Shown in pieces: positions 37,945-48,199 of a stretch of DNA of 64,000 nucleotides; position 1 is the first letter of the stretch; the number at the start of each line of letters is the position of its first letter. Where the stretch lies: assembly GCF_002483225.1 (NCBI RefSeq), contig NZ_DLHL01000001.1, positions 63,325 through 127,324 on the forward strand, read 5' to 3'. Position numbers and translations under genes: made by a program. Under the pieces are notes generated by a model that did no database searches, was not told the DNA's origin, and saw nothing but the letters and a program-made list of their open reading frames with translations. This DNA is from Gemmatimonas sp. UBA7669. Lineage in GTDB: Bacteria > Gemmatimonadota > Gemmatimonadetes > Gemmatimonadales > Gemmatimonadaceae.

Positions 37945-39495
37945 TTACGGACGCGGCGCCTTCCAATGACGCGTGGCCTGCTCGTAGTCGTAGCCGAGCT
38001 GGATGAGCCGGTACTCGCTCCACGCGCGCCCCATGAAGGTCATGCCCGCCGGAAGCCTGCCACCACGCGTGTAGCCCATGGGCACCGTGATGGCGGGAAA
38101 GCCCGTCATGGGTGAAAAGAGCTGGCTGTTGTCACCGTGCGGCGTGTTGAGATCGCCGATGAGCCGCGGCGGATTGCTCCACGTGGGATACACGACCGCA
38201 TCAAGCTTGAGTGTATCGAGCGTCGCTGTGAACGCCACGCGCAGCGCCGCGCGAACCTGCTCGCGGCTCTGGCATCCCGGTGCCGCTTCGGGCAGTTGCG
38301 TGGCCTGCGCCGCATCGCGCAGGCGCGGCTCAACGGTCGGGTGATAGCGACGACTGCGGATGATGTCGTCCAGCGTCTTGACGGGCGCGTTGGGCGCGCG
38401 CGCCGCAAAGTAGCGCTCGAGATCGGCCTTGAAGCGATTGCAGCCACCCTGCTGCCGCCGCAGGATGCTGTCGAGTGAATCCACAAGCACCGTGTCGATC
38501 ACCACGGCACCGGCCGCCCGCAGATCACGTACGGCGCGCTCGAACACCGTGCGCACCTCGGCGTCGAGCGTGGGGCGCTCATAGGCCTGACGCAGCACGC
38601 CAATGCGTGCCCCACGCAACGCGCCGCGCGTGAGTGCCGGGAGATACGACGCCGGCCGGCGGCTGTCGGCCTGGGCCGTCACCGTGTCGGCCGGGTCGCT
38701 GTGCGCAATCACGTCAAACACGCGCACCGCATCAGCCATGCTGCGCGCCATTGGCCCCGCAATGTCCGCACCCTCGTTGAGCGGAATCACGCCAGCACGC
38801 GAGGTGAGCCCCATGGTGGAGCGAATGCCCACCAGCGCCTGATGTGCCGAGGGCCCGCGAATGCTGTTGCCGGTGTCGGTGCCCAGGCCAAGTGTGCCGA
38901 AGCCCATGGCCACGGCCGCTGCGGTACCGCCGCTGGAGCCCGCCGTGACCCGGTCGAGGGCGTAGGGGTTGCGCGTGTAACCGGGCAAAATCGAGCTCAC
39001 CGTTTCGTAGGGCGTAAAGGCCCACTCGGCGAGATTGCTCTTGGCCAGCACGATGGCGCCGGCGGCCTTCACCTGCGCCACCATGGTGGCATCCTGCGGC
39101 GGCTTCCAGCCTTCGAGCGCGAGTGACCCGCCAGTGGTTTGCAGGCCGCGCGTTTCGAAGTTGTCCTTCACAATGAGCGGCACGCAGTGCAGCGAACCGC
39201 GCGCTGCACGAGTGGCCTGCGCGCGATCCAGCGAGTCGGCGGTAGCCAGCGCCTCGGGGTTGAGCACGACAATGCTGTTGACGGCCGGCCCCTGCTTGTC
39301 GAGCGAATCGATGCGCGCGAGGTAGCGCTGCACCAACTGTCGGCACGTCAGCCGCCCGCTGGCAAGCGCCGCCTGCACCGTGGCAATGGATGCCGTGTCG
39401 ACAGGGAACGAGCCGACCGGCGCACGCTGCGCCTCGAGTGGGGTGGCGAGGGCCACGCAGAGCGTAACGGACAGACCACGAAGTTGGGTGCGCAT
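37945..39495 (-). CDS. Amidase signature family protein (secreted)
   Basis: PLIVKDN, AGSSGGTAAAVA, GTDTGNSIRGPS and G-x-P-x-G C-terminal motifs. Confidence 0.93.
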   Translation of the reverse strand: MRTQLRGLSVTLCVALATPLEAQRAPVGSFPVDTASIATVQAALASGRLTCRQLVQRYLARIDSLDKQGPAVNSIVVLNPEALATADSLDRAQATRAARGSLHCVPLIVKDNFETRGLQTTGGSLALEGWKPPQDATMVAQVKAAGAIVLAKSNLAEWAFTPYETVSSILPGYTRNPYALDRVTAGSSGGTAAAVAMGFGTLGLGTDTGNSIRGPSAHQALVGIRSTMGLTSRAGVIPLNEGADIAGPMARSMADAVRVFDVIAHSDPADTVTAQADSRRPASYLPALTRGALRGARIGVLRQAYERPTLDAEVRTVFERAVRDLRAAGAVVIDTVLVDSLDSILRRQQGGCNRFKADLERYFAARAPNAPVKTLDDIIRSRRYHPTVEPRLRDAAQATQLPEAAPGCQSREQVRAALRVAFTATLDTLKLDAVVYPTWSNPPRLIGDLNTPHGDNSQLFSPMTGFPAITVPMGYTRGGRLPAGMTFMGRAWSEYRLIQLGYDYEQATRHWKAPRP

Positions 39496-39549
39496 GCAGC
39501 AAACATGGCACCAACTCCGCGCGATGTCAGCTCAACCTGCCTCTGTCCG

Positions 39550-40803
39550 TCATCGCTGCTCCAGCCAGGGCCGCTTGGTCCAGACGAGAATGGTGCCGCA
39601 TCCCGTGTGGGCGCTCAAATCAAAGACAGGCGGGATGCCGACGGGATTGTTGTAGACCTCGACAGCGGCAATGGTGGACGGTGGTGCCATGGCGTCGAGG
39701 TCCTCCATCGTCAGACCATCAGGGGGAGCACTCCTATCGAGGGAAGAAGCCATCCTGAAGTACATGCCATCGATGAACATATTTGGCACGCAGCGCGCCC
39801 CGATGAAGCCCCTCAGCCTCGGTGCGCGAGATCGGCCGGTACCTTCGAAGAACACCCCGCGCATGCCGGCCAGAATATCCGATAGCGACTGCGCTCTCAC
39901 CGAGGTGGCCTCGTCGACCTTGAAGAAGGCACCCATGCCCACCCGACGACGACTCTCAAAACCTTCGTACGCGCCCATGACGCCAGCGGTCGCCGTGCCC
40001 GACGCGGTCGCATCGGCCTTGATGCTCACACCGCGCAACGCCTGCACCGGCCGCTCACCGTTCACACTGTCCCGTGACGGTGGCAGCAGCGCCACACGCG
40101 CCACGCCCAAGCCGCCCAGAGTCAGGGCGCTTTGCCCCACGGTATCGCGGCCTGCCACCGCTGTGAGTTGCACTCGGGGTGTGCTCGGCACCCCGCACAA
40201 CAGAAAGGTGCCGTTGGAGTCCGGCGTGAGATCCACCTGACGTGGTACGCGATTGAACGCCCTGTTCTCGATGACCATATCCGTCCATTCCGCGCGGACA
40301 CTGACTGGGGCACTCCCCTTCGCGGATGTTGGCGCAGGCCGAGGCACGGTGCCAATGACCAGCCCCGCACCTTCCGGTGCCTCGCTGCCACACACCAGGC
40401 GATGCAATCCGCGCACCGCGGGCACCGTGTAAACCACCCGGGTGTCCCAGATACCCACCGTGACCGGCGCGGGGGGCAGCGTGAGATCGAGCGAGTCAAG
40501 CACGGGGTGCAGCAGGGCCAGTCGGTAGTTTCCTGCCGGCACACTGTCAAATACGAACTGTCCGACGCTGTCCACATTGGCGTAGCGATTGCCGGGCATG
40601 AGCACCATGGTGCCGCCGGCAAGCGCGCGACCTCCATGCAGTGAATCCACCACCGCCCCCATCAATCGCGCGGGCGCACTGGTCTGCGCCTGTGCGGCAT
40701 TGGGCGCGGCGGCCATGCACACACCGAGCCACACCAACCGGCTCATCTTTGCGAACCGCGTGGACCACCGTACTGCAGCAGGTGGCAGGACAGGGCGCGA
40801 CAT
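39550..40803 (-). CDS. Secreted carboxypeptidase-regulatory-like domain protein with C-terminal TonB-plug-like domain (no barrel)
   Basis: DSVGQFVFDSVPAGNY; GFESRRRVGMG; CVPNMFIDG...IAAVEVY...CGTILVWTK. Confidence 0.7.
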   Translation of the reverse strand: MSRPVLPPAAVRWSTRFAKMSRLVWLGVCMAAAPNAAQAQTSAPARLMGAVVDSLHGGRALAGGTMVLMPGNRYANVDSVGQFVFDSVPAGNYRLALLHPVLDSLDLTLPPAPVTVGIWDTRVVYTVPAVRGLHRLVCGSEAPEGAGLVIGTVPRPAPTSAKGSAPVSVRAEWTDMVIENRAFNRVPRQVDLTPDSNGTFLLCGVPSTPRVQLTAVAGRDTVGQSALTLGGLGVARVALLPPSRDSVNGERPVQALRGVSIKADATASGTATAGVMGAYEGFESRRRVGMGAFFKVDEATSVRAQSLSDILAGMRGVFFEGTGRSRAPRLRGFIGARCVPNMFIDGMYFRMASSLDRSAPPDGLTMEDLDAMAPPSTIAAVEVYNNPVGIPPVFDLSAHTGCGTILVWTKRPWLEQR

Positions 40804-40902
40804 GCGCGGCATTGGACTCTCCAAAGGGTGGGATGTTGACCACTACCCCGGAAGGTGGTGCAGGTTCACGGCCTGCACCACCCGCGCACGTTCAGCCAGG
40901 CA

Positions 40903-41958
40903 TTACGCGGCGTTTGCCACCCGTCCCCGTACCAGCGGAATCACGGTTTCGGCAAAGCGCTCCATCTCTTCGAGCTGTGGACTGCATTGCAGCAGCAGCA
41001 GGTCCACCCCCGCACGCTCGTACGCCCGGATGCGATCAGCCACCTGCTCCGCCGTGCCCACCAGATTGGCGCGCAGCCCACGATTGGACACGGAGTAGTC
41101 CTGCAGCGAGACCTGCTGATCAAGCTGCGTGTTGGCAATCCAGTCCTGATAGTTGCCGAAGCCCGGCGAGCCAGGCTGCACGTTGGTAATGCGCGCCAGT
41201 TCGCGCTGCGCCTCGGCTTCACTGTCACGCACGATGACATACGCGGCCATGCCACAACGCATGGGCGCCAGCCCAGCACGCGCGCGGCGTTCCTGCATGT
41301 CGGCCACCTTGGGCGCGATACGCTCCGCGGGATCACCGTGCATGACATAGGCATCGCACCGGTTCGAGATCAGCGTGCGCGCCGCCTCCGATTCGCCGCC
41401 GGCATAGAGCACCGGATGCGGGCGTCCGAAGCTCGAAACCGGCTTGGGTTCGACGACAAGGTCCTCGACCTGATAGTAGCGCCCCCGATACGTGGTGGAC
41501 GGCTGCGACCACGCACCGCGCAGCACCTCGAGCCACTCCGACGTGCGCGCATAGCGGTCGTCGTGTTCGTCGAACTGCGAGCCGTAGCGCCGCGCCTCAT
41601 CCTTCCACCAGCTTGACACCACATTCAGCGACAGCCGGCCGTTGCTGATGCGGTCGATGTTGGCCGCCTGCTTGGCCAGCGTGGCGGGGTGATGAAACGT
41701 GGGACGCACGGCCACCATGAGCTCGAGGCGGTGCGTCACCGCGGCCAGTGCGGCCGCCGTGCTCCACGCATCAAGCGCCGGCGCCTCAATGCCCTTGATG
41801 TCGTTGAGAAAGAGCTCGGCGATGAGAGTAAGGTCGAAGCCGATCTCCTCACTGCGCCGCGCCAGACGCTGTACGTACGGCCAGCTCGCGTCCATGCCCT
41901 CGTCGGGCACATTGCGCAGCCAGCCGCCGAATACCGGCAACCAGTAGCCGAAGCGCAT
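40903..41958 (-). CDS. LLM-class flavin-dependent monooxygenase (SsuD/SfnG-like)
   Basis: FGYWLPVFGG, GFDLTLIAE, AVRPTFH, IDRISNGRLSLNVV, YAGGES and LVGTAEQVA. Confidence 0.9.
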   Translation of the reverse strand: MRFGYWLPVFGGWLRNVPDEGMDASWPYVQRLARRSEEIGFDLTLIAELFLNDIKGIEAPALDAWSTAAALAAVTHRLELMVAVRPTFHHPATLAKQAANIDRISNGRLSLNVVSSWWKDEARRYGSQFDEHDDRYARTSEWLEVLRGAWSQPSTTYRGRYYQVEDLVVEPKPVSSFGRPHPVLYAGGESEAARTLISNRCDAYVMHGDPAERIAPKVADMQERRARAGLAPMRCGMAAYVIVRDSEAEAQRELARITNVQPGSPGFGNYQDWIANTQLDQQVSLQDYSVSNRGLRANLVGTAEQVADRIRAYERAGVDLLLLQCSPQLEEMERFAETVIPLVRGRVANAA

Positions 41959-42944
41959 CAGACCGACGCTCCCGAATTGGCCGTGGCAAAACCGGCGCGC
42001 ACTTCGAGATAGTCCACCAGCTTCGCGAACGGGTCGAAGCCCACCACGTTCACTGCATCGGCCACGAAGTTGGACAGCGCATTCACGTCGTAGAAGTAGT
42101 GCTGACCGTCGCGGTCATCGACGAGATACTCGATACCTCCCACATCGATGCCGGCCGCCTGCGAGATGCGCTCCACCTGCGCGATGATGTGCGCCGGCGG
42201 ATCGGCGCGCTCCACCCGCATGCCGGTCTTCGGCGCGTCCACGGCGCAGGCGCCACGCACCAACTCCACGCCATTTGTCGTCTGACAGGCGTCCGCCGGG
42301 CAGAGATCAAACGAACCCACGGCCGGATACACGTTGATGGCGTAGAGAAAGCGACCGTTGAGCGTTTCCACGCGCGTGATGTGGCCACCGCGCAGCGGCG
42401 CGGCTTCCTGCACCAGGGCAGTGCCGTCGACGCCAAGGTCCACGGTGCCGGCAGATACCGCGGCCTGCAGTGCGTCGGGCGAGTCGTACTTCACAATGCC
42501 GGCGCCGCTGCCGCCCACGTTGGCCTTCACCAGCACCGGATAACGCAGGCCTTCGGCGGCCGTTACCGCCTGGGCCGGGTTGTTGATGACACGGCTCTTC
42601 GGAAACGGCAGGCCCAGCGAACGCAGCAGGTCGAGCTGTGTCGCCTTGGACAATTCGTTGGCATAGGCCTGCACGCCGTTCACCACCGGCACCCCCAGCG
42701 ACTCCAGATGACGCAGGTAGTGCAGTGTGTGAAAGGTGGTCTGCGCATGGCCACGCAGATAGGCCGAGGGGCTCGCACGATTGAAGACCAGCGAGTACGG
42801 TACCTCGGTCTCACTCGGATCGAAGACATGCGACGCGGCATCCAGTCGCTCGTACGGCAACCCGCGCGCGTCCAGTTCGGCAAACAGCGGCCGGAACCAA
42901 TCGGGATGCTCGTGATACACGGCAATGGGGCGAAGCTCGGACAT
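41958..42944 (-). CDS. RimK-like ATP-grasp ligase
   Basis: YPVLVKANVGGSGAGI, LVQE, DVGGIEYL and FYDVNALSNF; stop overlaps the LLM start. Confidence 0.85.
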   Translation of the reverse strand: MSELRPIAVYHEHPDWFRPLFAELDARGLPYERLDAASHVFDPSETEVPYSLVFNRASPSAYLRGHAQTTFHTLHYLRHLESLGVPVVNGVQAYANELSKATQLDLLRSLGLPFPKSRVINNPAQAVTAAEGLRYPVLVKANVGGSGAGIVKYDSPDALQAAVSAGTVDLGVDGTALVQEAAPLRGGHITRVETLNGRFLYAINVYPAVGSFDLCPADACQTTNGVELVRGACAVDAPKTGMRVERADPPAHIIAQVERISQAAGIDVGGIEYLVDDRDGQHYFYDVNALSNFVADAVNVVGFDPFAKLVDYLEVRAGFATANSGASV

Positions 42945-43158
42945 ACGGACTCCTTGCGGAGGTGACGCCGTCCCACAACGACAAAGCCCGGGCAGTTGAG
43001 CCGCCCGGGCGTCGCGTTTTAGCTCGTTGTTTTACGTGGCGGCAATAGGCGGCAAAAGACCACGGATCGGTTGTCTCCTAAAGTGACAACCGCCCCGGCA
43101 TTTTGTCAAGCACTGAGACTCTTGGCGCACGCCTACTTTGCGCAGCGCCCTGACTCCG

Positions 43159-44733
43159 TCAGGCCACTCGGCGACGGCGGGCGTCCAGGGACAACGCATC
43201 GGGACCGCGCGCAGCCTGGTCCCGTGTGCGGAAGGCCTGGACCAGCGCCGACAACTGCGCGGCCTGCCCCTGCAGTTCCTCGGCCGAGGCGGCCGACTCC
43301 TCGCTGGACGCCGCCACCTGACGCGTGATGTCGTTCATCGCGTCCACGCCGTGCTGCACCTGCCGGACATCCTCCACCTGGCGGCTCGAATCCGCAGAGA
43401 GTTCGTCGAGGGAATGGCGCATGTGCAGCACGTCGTCACGCACCGCCGTAAGCGCATCACGCACCTGCTGCTCACGCGACACGCCGGCGTCGACATTGCG
43501 GATCTCCTCTTCGATGAGCGTGCTGGTTTGCCGCGCCGCTTCAGCAGCGCGCAGCGCGAGCGCCCGCACTTCGTCAGCCACCACCGCAAAGCCACGCCCC
43601 GCCTCACCGGCCCGAGCCGCTTCGACGGCGGCATTGAGCGCCAGCAGGTTGGTCTGGAACGCAATCTCGTCGATGGTTTTCACAATGCGTTGTGACGCAT
43701 CCGCCGACTGCTTGATGCGCGACATGTCCTGACGCAGCGCATCCATGGTGTGGTAGCCGGCGGAGGCGCGATCCGCCGCCGAGGCCGCGCGCTCGCGGAG
43801 CTCATCGGTCTGCTGGGCCGCATGCGTCACACGGCGGGTGAGATCCTGCAATGCCGTGCCAATGGCATGCGCCTGCGCGGCCTGGGTGGATGCCCCATTG
43901 GCCAGCGAGGTGCTGCCGTCGGCCAATTGCTGCGCCGCGTGATTGACATGCTCGGCCGCCGTGCGCACCTGCCCGATGGTGTGCGCGAGTTCGTGCACGG
44001 CGCCGCCGAACGCCTGCTGCATGCGCGCAAAGTCACCGGCGTACTGGCCGGTCATGCGCGCCTCGAGATCACGAGTGGCCACCGCTTCGAGTGCCAGGCA
44101 GGCCGCGTCGAACGGAGCGCGCACGGCATGCAGCACGCCATCCACGCCGTGCAGCACATCGGCGTACATGCCCTGCACACCCGCATCATTGACGTGAACC
44201 TGCAATTGGCCTTCGCGGGCCGCATCGGCCACACGCGTGATTTCCGATACCGTGGCGCCGATGGCCTGCTGCGCGGCGGCACAGGCCTCGAGGGACTGTC
44301 GGCAGGCTTGCGCCATGTTGTTGACGGCGCTCGCCACGACACCCAGTTCGTCCGGCACGTCATCGTGCAACACGCCATGCGTGTCGGGCGGCACGACCAC
44401 GCGTTCGCCGCGTGCCAGTGCCCTGAGCGCGGCGTGTACGGGCGCGACTCCATGCTCCTGCAGGTGCGCCACGTGCCGCGCCACACGCTGCAGCCGTTGC
44501 TCGAGATGCACGGCCACCTGGTACGCGAGGCTCAATACGGCCAGCAGAAAGAGGCCGGTGACCGCGAGCAGCAGCGAAACGCCTGGCCCGGAAAACACAG
44601 CCGTGTGGGCCTGCGGGGCGCGGGCCTCAAGCGCCCACAATGCCGCTGCGGCGACGGCCAGAATGCCCGTGGCACCAAGCACGGCCACGGCGCGCAGTTG
44701 CGCACGAAGCGTCCGAATTTCCAGAAAGGACAC
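43159..44733 (-). CDS. Methyl-accepting chemotaxis protein
   Basis: [37 protein letters not shown]; two TM helices with a very short loop; HAMP domains. Confidence 0.95.
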   Translation of the reverse strand: MSFLEIRTLRAQLRAVAVLGATGILAVAAAALWALEARAPQAHTAVFSGPGVSLLLAVTGLFLLAVLSLAYQVAVHLEQRLQRVARHVAHLQEHGVAPVHAALRALARGERVVVPPDTHGVLHDDVPDELGVVASAVNNMAQACRQSLEACAAAQQAIGATVSEITRVADAAREGQLQVHVNDAGVQGMYADVLHGVDGVLHAVRAPFDAACLALEAVATRDLEARMTGQYAGDFARMQQAFGGAVHELAHTIGQVRTAAEHVNHAAQQLADGSTSLANGASTQAAQAHAIGTALQDLTRRVTHAAQQTDELRERAASAADRASAGYHTMDALRQDMSRIKQSADASQRIVKTIDEIAFQTNLLALNAAVEAARAGEAGRGFAVVADEVRALALRAAEAARQTSTLIEEEIRNVDAGVSREQQVRDALTAVRDDVLHMRHSLDELSADSSRQVEDVRQVQHGVDAMNDITRQVAASSEESAASAEELQGQAAQLSALVQAFRTRDQAARGPDALSLDARRRRVA

Positions 44734-44866
44734 GGAAGATAAGGCGGGAGAACCTGCCGGCCGGGCGCCCTCGCCCCTGCCGGGAGCGCAGCGCTGGGGC
44801 TGTGCTCCGACAAGGGGGTATCGGACGCTGTCTTATGTCACTTGAATCGCCGGTCCGAACGGCCGG

Positions 44867-46933
44867 TCAGGGGGTAGAGGTCCGACCGGTGGCGGCCGCC
44901 GCGGGCCAGACGTTGTCGCTCGGATTGCGATCGGGGAAGCGCCGCTGCGGGTCGAGTTGCACCTTCTCGATGGAACGGCCACCGAACACGAGATTCACCG
45001 TGTGCTGACGACGGCCGTCGAACCACACGTCCACCGGCACCGTTACCCGCGCCGTGCTGTCGTTGAGCATGACGGCATTGCGCATGGGGCGGATGGCCGG
45101 CCCCGTCTTCGCGAAGGTCACGTCGAGCACGATGGGCGCTGGCATGTTGCCGTCCTGCGCCACGGTGACGGCCGTGTTGAGGCCCTGACGCTTCACACTC
45201 GCGAGCCGGTGATTGACGGCGTCCGTGCTGAAGAGCCAACTGTACCAGAACCAATCGAGATTCTGCCCGAGCGCCTTGTTCATGAAGAACATCCAGTCCC
45301 ATGGCGAGGGATGCTTGAACAACCAGGCGTTGGCAAACTCGCGGTGCGCGCGCTGTACGGCCGAATCCCCCACGATGCCGCCGAGCATGGACAGCATGAG
45401 CGGCGTCTTGACGTAGGTGGTGAAGCCGTAGCGTGTGGGGCCGCCATAGTTGGCGTTCCACATCATCGGCGCTTCAGCCTCGTCGCCACTGGTGCGCCCA
45501 TAGCTCTGCCCCAATCCGTCGAGCACCGGCGGCTTGCCCTCAGCGTCGGCGTCGGAGAGGATGTTCATGTACTGATTGAAGCCCTCGTCCATCCAGCCGT
45601 ACCACGTTTCGTTGTTGCCCACCACCATGGGCCACCACATGTGCGCCGTTTCGTGATCGGCGGCGCCCACGTTGGAGTTGATCACCATGGGATATTCCAT
45701 GCCGGCACTCGGTCCGTCCTGCAGCGTGAGCTGCGGGAACTGGTACGGGAACCAGAGCTTCGAGTAGAACTCGAGGGCATGACGGGACACCTGTCCCGCA
45801 CGCGCGTACAGATTCGCACGCGCCGGCAGATACACCATGTGAACCGGCACGGCGCCCTTGCCGGGGATCGTGGCCCGCGTAGCCTGCCACACGTACTTCT
45901 TTGCCGTGGCCCAGGCGAAGTCGTTCACCGAATCGGCGTGGAAGCGCCACACCAGCCGGCCCGTGCTGCTCGTGGCGGTGGCCTGACCCGGTCCCACTTC
46001 CGTCGGACCGACAATGGTGGTGATGTCATCGCTGCGCAGCACGGTGGCGAGACGCTCACGTGCCGTGGGTGTGAGCACCTGTTCGGGATTCTGCAGCAGA
46101 CCGGTGCCGCTCACGATCCAGCCGTGTGGCACGTCAATGCGCACATCCCAGGTGCCGAAGTTGTTGTAGAACTCCGAGGGCCCGAGATAGAGCTCGCTGT
46201 CCCATCCGCGCAGATCGTCGTACTTGGCGATGCGCGGATACCACTGCGTGGGCTGAAACAGGGTATCAGCCCAGCGTTGCGTCATGCGATGTCCCGTGCC
46301 GGGGCCACCGGGCAGCTTGTGCGACCAGTCCACTTCCAACACGGCCTTCGCGCCCGCCTTGATGGGCGTGGCCAGACGAATGCGCGCGTTAGTGGAGCGG
46401 CCGTTGAGCAACGTATTCGCATTGGCCGCATTGGCCGCGGCCGCCTGCTGCGTCTGAATGGCGCGTGCACCTTCCGCCCCGGCGCCCACCAGCTTGTTGG
46501 AGCTGATGTCCACCGGCTGGCCGTTGATGCTCATGCGCGAGAGCACCATGCCGTCGGTGACTTCAGCCGGCACCCAGGGCGCCGCGTGCGGCGCGTTGCC
46601 CAGAAAGTGATTGGGATCGAGACGCAGTCCGATGACGGGCAGCGAATCGGGGCTGGTATTGTGAATGGTGATGCGCGCCTTGCCCGTGAGCCGCGACGAA
46701 ACCGGGTCGAGCGACACGTCAATGTCGTAGTCGGTGCGCAGCTGCCAGTAGTTGCGGCCGGGCCGTCCGGTGCTGTCGCGTGTGCCCGCCTCGAGCGCAC
46801 GACGAATGGCGTTGGTGATGGGGACATCGCGGCGCACCGCACGCGGCGGCGCGCTCTGGGCAATGGCGTGACTGGCGCACAACAGCGTCGCGGCCGCGGC
46901 CGGGCCCAGCGCGCGCAGGAAAGACTGGCTCAT
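44867..46933 (-). CDS. M1 family metallo-aminopeptidase (secreted)
   Basis: GMEYPM, HETAHMWW and WMDEG. Confidence 0.92.
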   Translation of the reverse strand: MSQSFLRALGPAAAATLLCASHAIAQSAPPRAVRRDVPITNAIRRALEAGTRDSTGRPGRNYWQLRTDYDIDVSLDPVSSRLTGKARITIHNTSPDSLPVIGLRLDPNHFLGNAPHAAPWVPAEVTDGMVLSRMSINGQPVDISSNKLVGAGAEGARAIQTQQAAAANAANANTLLNGRSTNARIRLATPIKAGAKAVLEVDWSHKLPGGPGTGHRMTQRWADTLFQPTQWYPRIAKYDDLRGWDSELYLGPSEFYNNFGTWDVRIDVPHGWIVSGTGLLQNPEQVLTPTARERLATVLRSDDITTIVGPTEVGPGQATATSSTGRLVWRFHADSVNDFAWATAKKYVWQATRATIPGKGAVPVHMVYLPARANLYARAGQVSRHALEFYSKLWFPYQFPQLTLQDGPSAGMEYPMVINSNVGAADHETAHMWWPMVVGNNETWYGWMDEGFNQYMNILSDADAEGKPPVLDGLGQSYGRTSGDEAEAPMMWNANYGGPTRYGFTTYVKTPLMLSMLGGIVGDSAVQRAHREFANAWLFKHPSPWDWMFFMNKALGQNLDWFWYSWLFSTDAVNHRLASVKRQGLNTAVTVAQDGNMPAPIVLDVTFAKTGPAIRPMRNAVMLNDSTARVTVPVDVWFDGRRQHTVNLVFGGRSIEKVQLDPQRRFPDRNPSDNVWPAAAATGRTSTP

Positions 46934-47053
46934 GGATGTGGGGGTTGAGGCTGCTCAACGCTACACAGAATGGCGCGACATGGACAGCGGGTGCGTGTTC
47001 CACGTCGTTCCTGACGACTCGACTTCGGCACGCGCACGCCGTAGGCTTGCAGC

Positions 47054-47854
47054 ATGCCTGTGCTGCGTCTGGCCCTTGCCACCCTGCCCTATCCGGATTC
47101 TCGGGACGACGCGCTGCGTCGCGCCACAGCCGCCATGGACGAGGCGGGAGCCGCCGGTGCGCAGCTGTTGGTGCTCCCCGAGTGTTATGTGCCCGGCTAC
47201 CGACGGCCGGGCCGACATGTGGCGCCCCCCGACGCCGCGTGGCTCGACGCGGCATGGCACTCGCTCGCCCGCCATGCGGCCGCGTCTCGCGTGGCGGTGG
47301 TGGTTTCCACAGAGCGCGTTTCACCCACCGGCCGTCCCATTCCGACGGCCGTGGTCATTGATGCCACCGGCCATGTGCTGGGCATGCAGGACAAGGTGCA
47401 GATCCCACCCGAAGAAGAAGACACGTATGTGGGAGGCGACGCACGGCGCGTCTTTGTGCTTGGCGACGTGACGCTGGGCGTCGTGATCTGCCACGAAGGC
47501 TGGCGCTACCCGGAGACCGTGCGCTGGGCCGCGCGCGCCGGGGCGCAATTGGTGGTGCATCCGCATTACAGCTGGGCAGAACCCGGAAGCCACATTCCGC
47601 GCGAGTTCGGCGAGCCGGCCAATTCGTTTCACGAGAAGGCCGCCCAATGCCGCGCCGCCGAGAACACGGTGTGGTTTGCCACCGTGAACTACGCGGAATC
47701 CAACGCGCCCACCACCTCGGCCATCATCGACCCCGAGGGCGTGGTGGTGGCATGGCAGCCCTACGGACAGGCAGGGCTGCTGCTGGGTGACCTTGATGTG
47801 GCGCGCGGCACGGGCTTTCTCGCCAAGCGATTGCGCGCGCTGCCCGACAATTGA
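47054..47854 (+). CDS. Carbon-nitrogen hydrolase (nitrilase superfamily)
   Basis: Catalytic triad contexts VLPEC, QDKVQ and VICHEG. Confidence 0.9.
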   Translation: MPVLRLALATLPYPDSRDDALRRATAAMDEAGAAGAQLLVLPECYVPGYRRPGRHVAPPDAAWLDAAWHSLARHAAASRVAVVVSTERVSPTGRPIPTAVVIDATGHVLGMQDKVQIPPEEEDTYVGGDARRVFVLGDVTLGVVICHEGWRYPETVRWAARAGAQLVVHPHYSWAEPGSHIPREFGEPANSFHEKAAQCRAAENTVWFATVNYAESNAPTTSAIIDPEGVVVAWQPYGQAGLLLGDLDVARGTGFLAKRLRALPDN

Positions 47855-47951
47855 GCGCCACGCGAACTGCAGCAGACAAATGAATGGCTCTCTCCCGGTG
47901 AGCTGTTCGCGATCTCGCGGTGGCAGCGAGTGTCGATGCAGCAGCAGGACC

Positions 47952-48140
47952 GTCAACAGCTCACGCAGAGAACTGCCGGAGAACCGCAGAGAACGCAGAG
48001 CAACGGATCGCTACTGATGGATCCTCATATCTGATCCGTGTGGTTTCCGCCCAATCCGCGTCATCCGCGACAAGGCGGTTCAACCCCGACCGCAGTTCTC
48101 TGCGAACTCTGCGCCCTCTCCTTCACTGCGTGAGCTGCTG
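47952..48140. repeat. REP-like palindromic repeat cluster B
   Basis: GTCAACAGCTCACGCAGAGA matches 37661-37680 at 19/20; the right half is an inverted copy of cluster A. Confidence 0.85.
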
Positions 48141-48199
48141 GCGATTTCGCCTTGGGGACGAGTGGCAGAGCCCACTTCAAACCACAAGTGGCCAAATAA

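Noticed and set aside
42950-43110. SAM or other known riboswitch upstream of the ATP-grasp/LLM operon
   Set aside because: I could not recognise the conserved core of any known riboswitch class; kept only as an unexplained structured leader.
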